Shown here: piece by piece, positions 37,931 through 47,990 of the stretch
Position numbering within the stretch: the stretch's first letter is position 1
Layout: each line of letters begins with the position of its first letter
Assembly: GCA_003524085.1 (NCBI GenBank)
Contig: DOEC01000021.1
Location: forward strand, 70,477-134,476
Origin: Bacillota bacterium
GTDB taxonomy: Bacteria; Bacillota_I; Bacilli_A; RF39; UBA660
Direction of reading: 5' to 3'
DNA: 64,000 bases
Made by a program: the position numbers and the translations under genes
Notes under the pieces: model-generated
The model's input: the letters and a program-made list of their open reading frames with translations, nothing else
Databases searched by the model: none
Told to the model about the DNA's origin: nothing

Positions 37931-38133
37931 CTTATTTTTTTGTGAATTTTATAGTAGTAATTTTAAAATGCGTATTTAAAAGTAAAATTTATTTCAAGTG
38001 GATACTATTAATACTTTTAAAAAAAGTATTAATGTTGGTTAAAGTGATGACTTTTTTTAGGAAATTTGATACAATTGAATTGTAAAAAAATTAATAAATA
38101 TTTAAACAAGACTAAATTGAAAGGAGTAAGGTT

Positions 38134-39273
38134 ATGAAATTAGAAGAATATAAAGCAGGAGAATATAAACAAGGAAATGGATATAAAGCTTTTTTACCAA
38201 GTAATATTAATTATAACTGGGGATGGGATGATACGAAATTAGATTCTTTGCTTGCTGAAGCAAATAGACAAATTGGAGAATTAAATGCCTATTCACTATT
38301 GCTTCCTAATGTTGATTTATATATTAAAATGCACGTAAAAATAGAAGCAAATAAATCTAGTAGAATCGAAGGAACTAAAACAACTATTGAAGAGGATTTA
38401 TCTGAATTACGGGATATAAACCCTGAAAAGAGAGATGACTGGGAAGAAGTTCAAAATTATGTCAAAGCAACTGATTATGGTGTTGCTAGAATTAGTGAAG
38501 GATTTCCGGTGTGCAATAGATTATTTAGAGAAATACATAAAATATTATTAACTGGTGTAAGGGGAGAAAAAAAGACACCAGGAGAATTTAGAATATCACA
38601 AAATTGGATTGGCGGAACAATGCCTTCAACTGCTGCATATGTACCACCTCTTGTAGAGGATTTATCTGATTGTTTAAAAGATTTGGAATTGTTTATCAAT
38701 AATGAAGATATAGATACACCAGATTTAATAAAAATTGCTATGATTCATTATCAATTCGAATCAATACATCCATTTTTGGACGGAAATGGCAGAATTGGAA
38801 GATTGTTAATTCCATTATATCTTCAGAGTAAAAAATATCTAGATAATCCATGTTTATATATATCTTACTTTTTTGAAAAAAACAGAGATTTATATTATCA
38901 AAAATTAAATGATGTTAGAGTTAAAAACGATATTATTGGATGGATAAAATTTTTCTTAGAGGGAATAATTGAAACTGCTGAAATAGCAAAGAAAAAATTT
39001 AAAAAAGTTGTAGAACTTACAAAGAAAGTAGAATCACAATTAACAAATTTAGGTGTAAAATATGATAACGCAAAAAAAATTGTTGATTATTTTTATAATG
39101 AACCTTGCTCATCAAGAAAAAAAATATCAGAAGCATTAAAAATGCCTGAATCTACTGTTAATGGTGTTATTAGTGAATTGAAATTAGCTAATATAATACA
39201 AGAGACAACAGGCTTTAGCAGAAATCAAATATTTGTATTTTCTGAGTATGTATCGATATTTTTATCAGAATAA
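38134..39273 (+). CDS. Fic-family protein (AMPylator-type).
   Basis: Canonical Fic motif HPFLDGNGRIGRLL. N-terminal Fic_N-like region and C-terminal wHTH. Confidence 0.85.
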   Translation: MKLEEYKAGEYKQGNGYKAFLPSNINYNWGWDDTKLDSLLAEANRQIGELNAYSLLLPNVDLYIKMHVKIEANKSSRIEGTKTTIEEDLSELRDINPEKRDDWEEVQNYVKATDYGVARISEGFPVCNRLFREIHKILLTGVRGEKKTPGEFRISQNWIGGTMPSTAAYVPPLVEDLSDCLKDLELFINNEDIDTPDLIKIAMIHYQFESIHPFLDGNGRIGRLLIPLYLQSKKYLDNPCLYISYFFEKNRDLYYQKLNDVRVKNDIIGWIKFFLEGIIETAEIAKKKFKKVVELTKKVESQLTNLGVKYDNAKKIVDYFYNEPCSSRKKISEALKMPESTVNGVISELKLANIIQETTGFSRNQIFVFSEYVSIFLSE

Positions 39274-39393
39274 TTTATAGAACGAAAAAATGAAAAAATT
39301 CGTTCCATGGAAATTTATAGAACGAAAAAATGAAAAAATTCGTTCCATAGAAATTTATAGAACGAAAAAATGAAAAAATTCGTTCCATGGAGA
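39274..39393 (+). repeat. Three perfect-to-near-perfect tandem 40-bp repeats, each containing a hairpin (gaacgaa...ttcgttc), plus a degenerate fourth copy to about 39415.
   Basis: Unit tttatagaacgaaaaaatgaaaaaattcgttccatggaaa at 39274, 39314 and 39354. Begins 1 nt after the fic stop. Confidence 0.8.
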
Positions 39394-39426
39394 TTTATAG
39401 AATAAAAAGTGAATTGTAAAAATCAA

Positions 39427-39460
39427 ATAACCAAACTTAAAGGAGTTGGTTATTTTTTTG
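39427..39460 (+). terminator. Rho-independent terminator.
   Basis: ataaccaa-(11 nt loop)-ttggttat followed by T7. Confidence 0.7.
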
Positions 39461-39631
39461 TAAATAAAAATTATTTTTAATATGTGTGTTGAATGCATAG
39501 GACAAAATATTATTTAAAACTTTTTTTGAGATTCATAAGATGTTCAAACTGAAATTTTTAAATATCATATATTAAAATAAGACTTTTAAATAGATAAAAA
39601 GTATTGTATAATTAACTAGGAGAGTGATTAT

Positions 39632-40888
39632 ATGAAAATACCTTTTAAAAGAGGAAATATTTTACTACCTAAAAACACTGATATGACAAAGTGGAGTGTA
39701 GTAGCTTGTGATCAATATACAAGTGAGCCTGAATATTGGAATAGTGTAAGAGAAATTGTGGGAAGTAACCCTTCAACACTTAATCTGACACTACCTGAAA
39801 TTTATTTAGAAGAAAGTGATGTTGAAGAAAGAATTAAAAAGATTAATCAAAATATGGAAGAGTTAGTTAATATGGACTTTTTTAATGAATACAGTGACTC
39901 TATGATATATTTAGAGAGAACTCAAGAAGATGGTAAAGTAAGAGAAGGACTTATGGGTATAGTTGACTTAGAAGATTATAGTTATGAAAAGGGTAGTCAA
40001 ACTTTAATAAGAGCTACAGAAAAGACTGTTATTGAAAGAATTCCACCAAGAGTTAAAGTAAGAGAAAATGCTCTATTAGAGTTACCACATATTATGATTT
40101 TAATAGATGATGAAAAGAAGAATATTATTGAAAGTTTAAAAAATAAAGTTACAGAAAGTGATATAGTATATGATTTTGATTTAATGAAAAATGGTGGACA
40201 TATTAAGGGATATTTACTTAATAATGAAACTATGGATGAAGTAGATGAACGTTTAGAATGCTTAGCAGATAAAGATTACTTTGAAAATAAATATGGAGTA
40301 AAAGATAAAGGAATACTACTTTTTGCAATGGGAGATGGGAATCACTCACTTGCTACTGCAAAAGCTTGTTATGAAAATTTAAAGAAAGAAATAGGAGAAA
40401 AAGCACTAAGTAGTAAAAGTAGATACGCTTTAGTTGAACTAGTTAATTTACATTCTGATGCATTAGAATTTGAAGCTATCAACAGAGTTATATTTAATAC
40501 AGATAAAGATAAATTACTAAATAGTTTAAAAGAATACTACACTATTAATAAAGAAGGAAATGGACAAGAGTTTAGAGTAGTAACAGATAGTATTGACGAA
40601 GCGTGGTATATTGAAAACCCTAAAAGCAATATAGCAGTTGGTAGTATTCAAATGTTTTTAGACGATTATTTAAAAGATAATGTTGGGAAGATAGATTATA
40701 TTCATGGAGAAGATGTTACCAAGAGTCTTGCAAGTAAAGATAATAATGTAGGATTTATATTTGATGCAATGGCTAAAGAAGACTTATTTAAAACAGTTAT
40801 ATTAGATGGAGCACTTCCTAGAAAGACATTCTCTATGGGACACGCTAATGACAAGAGATATTATCTTGAAGCTAGAAAAATAAAATAA
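39632..40888 (+). CDS. DUF1015-family conserved hypothetical protein.
   Basis: 418 aa. N-terminal PFKRGNILLPK...KWSVVACDQYTSEPEYW matches my recollection of the DUF1015 family start. Confidence 0.5.
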   Translation: MKIPFKRGNILLPKNTDMTKWSVVACDQYTSEPEYWNSVREIVGSNPSTLNLTLPEIYLEESDVEERIKKINQNMEELVNMDFFNEYSDSMIYLERTQEDGKVREGLMGIVDLEDYSYEKGSQTLIRATEKTVIERIPPRVKVRENALLELPHIMILIDDEKKNIIESLKNKVTESDIVYDFDLMKNGGHIKGYLLNNETMDEVDERLECLADKDYFENKYGVKDKGILLFAMGDGNHSLATAKACYENLKKEIGEKALSSKSRYALVELVNLHSDALEFEAINRVIFNTDKDKLLNSLKEYYTINKEGNGQEFRVVTDSIDEAWYIENPKSNIAVGSIQMFLDDYLKDNVGKIDYIHGEDVTKSLASKDNNVGFIFDAMAKEDLFKTVILDGALPRKTFSMGHANDKRYYLEARKIK

Positions 40889-41050
40889 AACAAAAATATT
40901 TAAGATTAAAACGGTATTCAAAGTAAAATTTGATGCTGTTTTTTCATGTGAAATTTGACTTAAAAGCGATTTTGTGGTATATTTATGTAGTCGTTCAAAA
41001 CTTTATTTTAATTTATAATAAATTCATAATAAAAAGGAAGGTGTTATTTT

Positions 41051-42700
41051 ATGAATAAAATAAGAGTGTTTAGTCTTGGTGGACTAAATGAAAACGGAAA
41101 AAATTTGTATGTAATAGAAATTAATAATAGAATATTACTTTTTGATGCAGGGCTTAAGTATGCTAATGAAAAAATGCTTGGTGTAGATTATGTAATTCCA
41201 GATATTACTTATCTAGTTAAAAATAAAAAGAGAATAGCAGGTCTTTTTATAAGTCATGCTCATTATGAAAATATGGGATGTTTAACAGATATAATCAAGC
41301 AAATACCAGACTTGCATGTTTTTGCAACTAATTACACATCTAAAATTATAGAAATAGAAGCAAATGAAGCAGGTGTTAATATACCTAACTTACATGTAAT
41401 CAAGCCATATAGAAGAGTTGATTTTAAAGAATTTAGTGTATTTCCATTTAGTGTAAGCCATAGTGTACCAGAAAGTGTTGGCTTTAGTATAAATACACCA
41501 AATGGCGCAATAGTGTATATGACTGACTTTGTAATAGATAGTACTATGAATGGAATGTATGATATGGACTTGGGTAAACTTGCTTATATTGGTAAACAAG
41601 GTGTATTAATGCTTATGAATGAAAGTGTGTTCAGTGAGAAAGTTGGTTTTACTAGTCCTAATCATAAGCTTGATAAATACTTTAAAGATGTTGTTGAAAA
41701 AAGTGAAGGAAGAATTATATTTAGTATACTACCACTTCATTTATTAACTATCCAAAATATATTTGATGCAATAAAAGGTACAAATAGAAAAGTAGTTGTA
41801 ATGGGAAAATACTTACAAAATATTATTGACATGGCTATTAGAGAAAAATACTTATTTGTTGATGATGATGTAATTGGAGACTTAAGAAATTTAAGAGATA
41901 AAGATAGTGTTATTTTAGTAAGTAATGACAGAGAAAGTCCATATTATAACTTGAGTAGAATAGTAAATGGATATGATAAATATGTAACTTTAGAAAGTAA
42001 TGACTCAATATGTTTTGCTGACCCATCTTATGAAGCGCAAGAGTTAACTAGTGTTAGAATTAAAAATGATATCGCTATACACGGAGTTAGAATATTTGAT
42101 GTACCAAAAAACAAAAGTGTTAGACTTCATGCATCAAGTCAAGATTTAATGCTTATGGTAAAAATATTTAATCCAAAATACTATATGCCTATTAAAGGAG
42201 AATATCGTTATCAAGTTAACAATGCAAAACTTGCTTTATCAGTGGGTATACCAAAGGAAAACATTTTACTTAAAGAAAACGGAGATGTTGTTACTATAAT
42301 TGATGGTGAGTTAAAAGATAAATTTGAACATATTAATGTAGATGATGTACTAATTGATGGAAAGAGTTCAAATGACGTAGGTGAATTAGTTTTAAAAGAT
42401 AGAGAAATGCTTGGTAATAATGGTTTGATCCTTGTTTCTGCAACTGTTGATAAGAAAACTAAAACTATTAAAAATGGTCCTGAAGTTATTACAAGAGGAT
42501 TTATTATTACAAAAGATGAAACTGACGTAATAGATGAGATTAAGAAAAGAAGTATAGAAGTGTTAAAAGCTAATACACATAATGGAAAGTATGCTGATTA
42601 TACAAAGATTAGAACTGAAGTTAGAGATACAGTTGGAAGTTATATTTATAGATTAACAGAAAGTAAACCTGTTATTTTAACAGTTATACAGGAGGTATAG
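41051..42700 (+). CDS. RNase J-family metallo-beta-lactamase/beta-CASP ribonuclease with a degenerate metal-binding motif II.
   Basis: 549 aa, collinear with RNase J1 (IRVFSLGGLNENGKN...GVDYVIPDITYLVKN), but HxHxDH is replaced by HAHYEN. Confidence 0.75.
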   Translation: MNKIRVFSLGGLNENGKNLYVIEINNRILLFDAGLKYANEKMLGVDYVIPDITYLVKNKKRIAGLFISHAHYENMGCLTDIIKQIPDLHVFATNYTSKIIEIEANEAGVNIPNLHVIKPYRRVDFKEFSVFPFSVSHSVPESVGFSINTPNGAIVYMTDFVIDSTMNGMYDMDLGKLAYIGKQGVLMLMNESVFSEKVGFTSPNHKLDKYFKDVVEKSEGRIIFSILPLHLLTIQNIFDAIKGTNRKVVVMGKYLQNIIDMAIREKYLFVDDDVIGDLRNLRDKDSVILVSNDRESPYYNLSRIVNGYDKYVTLESNDSICFADPSYEAQELTSVRIKNDIAIHGVRIFDVPKNKSVRLHASSQDLMLMVKIFNPKYYMPIKGEYRYQVNNAKLALSVGIPKENILLKENGDVVTIIDGELKDKFEHINVDDVLIDGKSSNDVGELVLKDREMLGNNGLILVSATVDKKTKTIKNGPEVITRGFIITKDETDVIDEIKKRSIEVLKANTHNGKYADYTKIRTEVRDTVGSYIYRLTESKPVILTVIQEV

Positions 42701-42701
42701 T

Positions 42702-43826
42702 ATGATATATTTAGACTATAGTGCAACAACTCCAGTAAACGATAGTGTACTAGATAGTTATATTAAAACAACTACGGAGTATATAGCTAATGCTAACTCA
42801 ATACATAATTTAGGTGTTAAAAGTAAAGAATTAATGATGAAAGCTACTAAACAAATTGCTAATATGCTAGGATGTAACTTTAATGAAATAATATACACAA
42901 GTGGCGCTAGTGAGAGTAATAGTACTGCAATAAAAGGAATAGCTTTCAAATATGCTAACCGAGGTAAACACATAATAACAAGTTATTATGAACACAAAAG
43001 TGTAGTAGAAAATATGGATTATTTAAGTACTTTAGGATATGAAATTAGTTATGTTAACTTAAATAGTGATGGAAGTATTGACTTAAAACATTTAGAAAGT
43101 TTAATAAGAGAAGATACTATATTAGTAAGTATATGTGCAGTAAATAGTGAAGTTGGGTTTAAGGCTCCACTAAAAACTATAAGACAAATTATTAATAAAA
43201 AGAATAGTAAGGTAGTATTTCATAGTGATATGACTCAAGCTCTTGGTAAAATTCATGTTAACTTAAGTGATGTTGATTTGGCTAGTATGTCTAGTCATAA
43301 AATATATGCTCCAAAGGGAATTGGTTTACTTTATAAAAAGAATGGAATAGAAATAATTCCATTAATATATGGTTTAACTGATAATTGTCCTTATAGGGGT
43401 GGAACACCAGCACTTCCTTTAATCGTAAGTTTTAGTAAAGCAGTAAGGCTTGCTATTGAAAGTTTAGATGAGAACATAAAGAAATGTGAAGAGTTAAACA
43501 CTATGTTAAAAGAAGGACTTAGTGACTTACCAGTTAACATAAACTCTAATAATATATGTGTGCCTCAAATATTTAATTTAAGTCTTAAAAAGATAAAGAG
43601 TGAAACTTTTGTAAGAGCTATAGAAAAAGATGAAATATATATAAGTACTACTACAGCTTGTTCAAGTAACGAACCATCTAGTATACTAAAACATATAACT
43701 AGTGATAAAGAAGTAAATTCTACTAGTATAAGAATAAGTATAAGCCATTTGACTACAAAAGAAGAAATAAATAAATTTATAGTAAGTTTTCATAAAACAT
43801 ATAAAGAGTTACTATTAAAGGAGTAA
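42702..43826 (+). CDS. Class V aminotransferase, cysteine desulfurase (NifS/NifZ-like), paired with thiI.
   Basis: PLP-Lys motif SSHKIYAPKG, active-site Cys in TTACSSNEPS. 1-nt gap after the RNase J gene and a thiI gene downstream. Confidence 0.75.
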   Translation: MIYLDYSATTPVNDSVLDSYIKTTTEYIANANSIHNLGVKSKELMMKATKQIANMLGCNFNEIIYTSGASESNSTAIKGIAFKYANRGKHIITSYYEHKSVVENMDYLSTLGYEISYVNLNSDGSIDLKHLESLIREDTILVSICAVNSEVGFKAPLKTIRQIINKKNSKVVFHSDMTQALGKIHVNLSDVDLASMSSHKIYAPKGIGLLYKKNGIEIIPLIYGLTDNCPYRGGTPALPLIVSFSKAVRLAIESLDENIKKCEELNTMLKEGLSDLPVNINSNNICVPQIFNLSLKKIKSETFVRAIEKDEIYISTTTACSSNEPSSILKHITSDKEVNSTSIRISISHLTTKEEINKFIVSFHKTYKELLLKE

Positions 43827-43830
43827 ATGT

Positions 43831-45000
43831 ATGAAAGAAGTAATAATGATTAAATATGCAGAGTTAACTACTAAAAAAGATAATAGGAATTTCTTTATAA
43901 ATACTTTAGAAAAGAATGTGTTATCTTGTTTAGATGGGTTAAATCCAACTATTAAGAAAGACTACTATAGAATGTTTATATATGTTAGTGATATAGAAAG
44001 TAGTATTAGCAAGCTTAGCAAAGTTTTTGGTATTCATGAAATAGTAAGGTGTGTGTTTACAGAAGACGCTAGTTTAGAAAATATTGAGAATATTAGTAAG
44101 ACTTTGATTAAAGAAGGAAGTGCATTTAAAGTTATTACTAATAGAAGTGATAAAACGTATCCAATTAATAGTATGGAGTTATCTAGAATGGTTGGTGCTT
44201 ATTTACTTAAAAATGTTCCTAACTTAAAAGTAGATGTGCATAAGCCTAGTGTTATAGTTAATATTGAAATAAGAAGAGAAGGAGTATATTTGTATTCTAG
44301 TGGAATACCTGGAATGGGAGGATATCCTACAGGTACTCTTGGAAAAGCACTTCTTATGTTAAGTGGTGGGATTGACTCAGTTGTTGCTGGTTTCTTAACT
44401 ATGAAAAGAGGAGTTAAGTTAGATTTTCTTTATTTTGAAAGTTTACCTCATACAAGTTTAGAAGCAAGAGATAAAGTAATTAGTCTTGCTAAAATACTTA
44501 AGAGTTATGGAAATACTGGAAAACTACTAGTTGTACCTTTTACTAAAATTCAAGAAACTATTTATAAAGAAATGAAAGGCGACTACATGATTACGATGAT
44601 GAGAAGGCAAATGTATAAAATTGCTACAAAAGTTGCAAAAATGAGAAATGCTAATGCGATAGTAAATGGGGAGAGTATTGGTCAAGTAGCAAGTCAAACA
44701 TTAACTAGTATGAAAGCAGTAAATGATGTAACAAATTATCCTATAATTAGACCACTTGCAAGTTTTGATAAGTTAGAAATAATGGATATAGCAAGGAAAA
44801 TTGGTAGTTATGATATAAGTATACTTCCTTATATTGACTGCTGTACTGTGTTTGTGCCTCCTCATCCAGTAATTAACCCAAGACTAGATGTGGCAAGAAG
44901 CGAAGAAGAAAAGATGGACGAAAGCTTGCTAGATGAAGCTATAAAAAATATAATTAAAATTGATTTAAACGAAGAAAGCCTAGATAATGATTTACTTTAG
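43831..45000 (+). CDS. thiI: tRNA 4-thiouridine synthase.
   Basis: THUMP-like N-terminus and PP-loop LLMLSGGIDSVVAG. Confidence 0.8.
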   Translation: MKEVIMIKYAELTTKKDNRNFFINTLEKNVLSCLDGLNPTIKKDYYRMFIYVSDIESSISKLSKVFGIHEIVRCVFTEDASLENIENISKTLIKEGSAFKVITNRSDKTYPINSMELSRMVGAYLLKNVPNLKVDVHKPSVIVNIEIRREGVYLYSSGIPGMGGYPTGTLGKALLMLSGGIDSVVAGFLTMKRGVKLDFLYFESLPHTSLEARDKVISLAKILKSYGNTGKLLVVPFTKIQETIYKEMKGDYMITMMRRQMYKIATKVAKMRNANAIVNGESIGQVASQTLTSMKAVNDVTNYPIIRPLASFDKLEIMDIARKIGSYDISILPYIDCCTVFVPPHPVINPRLDVARSEEEKMDESLLDEAIKNIIKIDLNEESLDNDLL

Positions 45001-45052
45001 GTTTCTTTTTTTGAAAAAAAATGATAAAATTAATACGAAGGAAAGTGATTAT

Positions 45053-45703
45053 ATGAAAGATAAATTCAATTTGACTTTAGAAGAAAATGTATTTTTAGCA
45101 AAAAAACAACTTGTTTCAAGTATTTATATGGGAGCAAAAATAGAAGGTTTAAATGTTACATTTCCTGAAACTCAAACTATTTTAGATGGAGTAAATGTGC
45201 CAAATGTTAAATTAGATGAAATAAACACAATACTAAATTTAAGAGATGCTTGGAAGTATGTACTTGATAATATAAAAGAAGAAGTTACTTTAGACTTTAT
45301 ATTAAAAGTAAACTCGTATGTAAGTAGAAATGAGTCATTATCTTGGGGAGAATTAAGAACAGGTAATGTAGGTATTTCAGGCACTGATTACATTCCTAAA
45401 ATTCCAGAAGAGAACGTAGTTAAAGAAGATATTAAAAATATATTAGAAATTCCAGATATAACATTAAGAAGTATTAAATATATGCTTTATGGAATGAGAA
45501 ATCAATTATTTTGGGATGGTAATAAAAGAACAAGTATGATTATTGCTAATAAAATAATGATTATGAATGGTAAGGGTATAATTTTAGTTAAGGATGATGA
45601 TTTATTAGAATTTAACAAACTTTTAACAGAATATTATACTACTGGAGTAGATATTAAGATAATAGAATTTTTATACAACAAGTGTGTTTATGGTTTAGAA
45701 TAG
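45053..45703 (+). CDS. Fic/Doc-family protein with a degenerate active-site motif.
   Basis: Ribosome-binding site plus ATG at 45053. The motif position reads LFWDGNKRTSMIIA (GNKRT retained, HPF replaced by LFW). Confidence 0.4.
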   Translation: MKDKFNLTLEENVFLAKKQLVSSIYMGAKIEGLNVTFPETQTILDGVNVPNVKLDEINTILNLRDAWKYVLDNIKEEVTLDFILKVNSYVSRNESLSWGELRTGNVGISGTDYIPKIPEENVVKEDIKNILEIPDITLRSIKYMLYGMRNQLFWDGNKRTSMIIANKIMIMNGKGIILVKDDDLLEFNKLLTEYYTTGVDIKIIEFLYNKCVYGLE

Positions 45704-45973
45704 GCTTTGTAGTAAAGTCTATTTTTTTCTTGTTTTGAGTGTAAATGTATGATATTATTATATTGGATATACAATATGTAAACCAAATTTATAAGTTTAT
45801 TGCTTTAAATAGTTAAAAATTTGTATAAAATGTAATGTGTAAAATTTAAGTGTTGAATTTTGTTAAAAAAAGATACATGAGTAAGGTTTTAGGGTATAAC
45901 TATAAAATGCATATTTTAAAATGTGATATACTTCTTTTAGAGAAAATAGATGGTTATTTGAAGGAGGAATTTT

Positions 45974-46378
45974 ATGTTAAAAAAAATAATAATATTTTCG
46001 TTTTTTGCTTTGATTTTAGGTTGTGTAGGACTTAAGGCTTCAAATGCTGAAACTATATCACTTTGTGTAGATAAAATTGAATATGGCAATTTTAATAGAA
46101 AAATAGGATACTATAATAAAAATACTGGAACCGCACAAAAAATTAAATTAAATAGTGCGTTCACTTCATTAACAAACCCTTGTAATAGTTGTGTTATTGG
46201 ATTTAAATTATTTATGAAAGATGGAACATCATTCACAGGAGTATCACTAACAGCTGGAAATTCAACTTATTTTAATTCAGATAGTGCTAAAACTGGCGAC
46301 TACAAAATGGGATTTATGAGAGCAGATTTTAGTGCTCTTAAAACTAATGCAGATATAGACTGGACAATAAATTGGTAA
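45974..46378 (+). CDS. Small lipoprotein.
   Basis: Signal peptide with lipobox LILGC. 134 aa. Confidence 0.5.
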   Translation: MLKKIIIFSFFALILGCVGLKASNAETISLCVDKIEYGNFNRKIGYYNKNTGTAQKIKLNSAFTSLTNPCNSCVIGFKLFMKDGTSFTGVSLTAGNSTYFNSDSAKTGDYKMGFMRADFSALKTNADIDWTINW

Positions 46379-46421
46379 ATTGAATTAGAACCATTTATTT
46401 TCTCAAAATAATGGAGGATTT

Positions 46422-47339
46422 ATGTTAAAATTAAAGAAATTTTTAAATGAAAATAAAGTTGCTATTATAATATTTTCTATACTTTTATTTATAGTGATGT
46501 ATTCATGTTTTAAATATATTAGAAACGATATTAAAGTAAAAGAAGGTAGAGAAGAGAGAACTACATATTGTAAAAGTGACGAAGTAAAAGAAAGTGAAAA
46601 ATTATCTTGTGAACAATATATTGAAGCAATTACAAATGAAGAAATAAAGACTGAATTTTATAGTATGTTTGGCGATATTTTGGTGTTTGATATTCATTAT
46701 CTTAATTTTATTGCATTTCTTGTAGTTATAATTCCTTCTTTATATTGTGTGTCAAATTATTTGTATAACAGAGTAATAACAAACTGTTTAACTAGACAAA
46801 GTTATAAAAGTTTTATAAAAGATTTTATAAGAAAAGCGTATAAGTATTATTTTATCTTACCTATAATAATAGGATTGTTAATACTAATTTGTTTATTTTA
46901 TTCAGAAATGGACCCCTCTTATTCGCTTAGTAATAATTACAGTATATGGCGAAGTAATTTGATTTTTAAACCAGTTTTGTTTGTATTTTTATATTTAATA
47001 AATATAACCATATATTCGTTATCATACATCAATATATCGTTAATAGTGCTTAGAAAACAACAAAATATTATAAAAGCTATTATACTTTCTGTACTAGTAT
47101 TTGTAGGAATAGAAGTGTTTTTAGAAATTGTTGTAAATGGTTTAATATTTGGTTTAGTATTTAAAAGTGAAGTTGGTAATATCTTTAATATTATGAACTT
47201 GCTTATATTTAATATAAATTATGGAGTTAGCAAATTATTAATTTTTACTATTAGTTTTTTCTTGTTAACGTTTATACTTGTGTTAATACTATATAAGAAT
47301 AAAGAAAAATTAATAATAGATTGTGAAAAAAATAATTAA
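46422..47339 (+). CDS. Polytopic membrane protein (ABC-2-type permease-like).
   Basis: 305 aa, at least 6 transmembrane helices. Directly upstream of the ABC ATPase. Confidence 0.45.
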   Translation: MLKLKKFLNENKVAIIIFSILLFIVMYSCFKYIRNDIKVKEGREERTTYCKSDEVKESEKLSCEQYIEAITNEEIKTEFYSMFGDILVFDIHYLNFIAFLVVIIPSLYCVSNYLYNRVITNCLTRQSYKSFIKDFIRKAYKYYFILPIIIGLLILICLFYSEMDPSYSLSNNYSIWRSNLIFKPVLFVFLYLINITIYSLSYINISLIVLRKQQNIIKAIILSVLVFVGIEVFLEIVVNGLIFGLVFKSEVGNIFNIMNLLIFNINYGVSKLLIFTISFFLLTFILVLILYKNKEKLIIDCEKNN

Positions 47340-47351
47340 GGAGAGAGAATT

Positions 47352-47990
47352 ATGAAAATTGAAGTAAAAAATGTATGTAAAAAATTTAAAAATGAAGAGG
47401 TATTAAAAAATGTTAATGTAACTTTTGAAAGTGGTAAAATATATGGCTTTAGGGGTAAAAATGGAAGTGGTAAAAGTGTGCTTTTAAAAATTATGTGTGG
47501 CTTATATGCTCCAACAAGTGGGGAAGTATTATATGATGGTGTTAACTATAACATGGAGAATAAATTTGTACCAAGTGTAAGAGCTTTGATAGAAAAGCCT
47601 AATTTCTTTCCTAATTTGTCAGGTTATGAAAATTTAAAATTGTTAAGTGAAATTCAAAATAAAATAACTGATAAAGAAATAAATGAGACCTTAGAGAGTG
47701 TTAATTTAATAAATGAAAAAGATAAAAAGTATTCTAATTATTCACTTGGTATGAAACAAAAATTAGGAGTTGCACAGGCACTTATGGAAGATCCTGAAGT
47801 TATAATATTAGATGAACCTTTTAACGGAATAGAAAATGCAAGTGTAGAAAAGATCATAGATGTTTTAAAGAAGAAAAAGAGTGAAGGTAAAATAATAATT
47901 GTTGCATCACATTATATGGAAGAATTATCAAATTTGTGTGATAAAATTTATTCATTTGATATGGGAGAAGTAAGTAATTATGAAGACTAA
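47352..47990 (+). CDS. ABC transporter ATP-binding protein.
   Basis: Walker A GKNGSGKS, signature LSLGMKQKL, Walker B IILDEP. Confidence 0.85.
   Translation: MKIEVKNVCKKFKNEEVLKNVNVTFESGKIYGFRGKNGSGKSVLLKIMCGLYAPTSGEVLYDGVNYNMENKFVPSVRALIEKPNFFPNLSGYENLKLLSEIQNKITDKEINETLESVNLINEKDKKYSNYSLGMKQKLGVAQALMEDPEVIILDEPFNGIENASVEKIIDVLKKKKSEGKIIIVASHYMEELSNLCDKIYSFDMGEVSNYED

Noticed and set aside
39274-39415. Possibility that the 40-bp tandem repeats are a CRISPR array.
   Set aside because: The units are directly abutting with no spacers. No cas genes are present. Each unit is itself a hairpin plus linker, consistent with a tandem repeat rather than repeat-spacer architecture.
45850-46035. 61-aa ORF upstream of and overlapping the lipoprotein gene.
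   Set aside because: No ribosome-binding site. It overlaps the promoter/ribosome-binding site region and start of the lipoprotein gene and has no convincing features.
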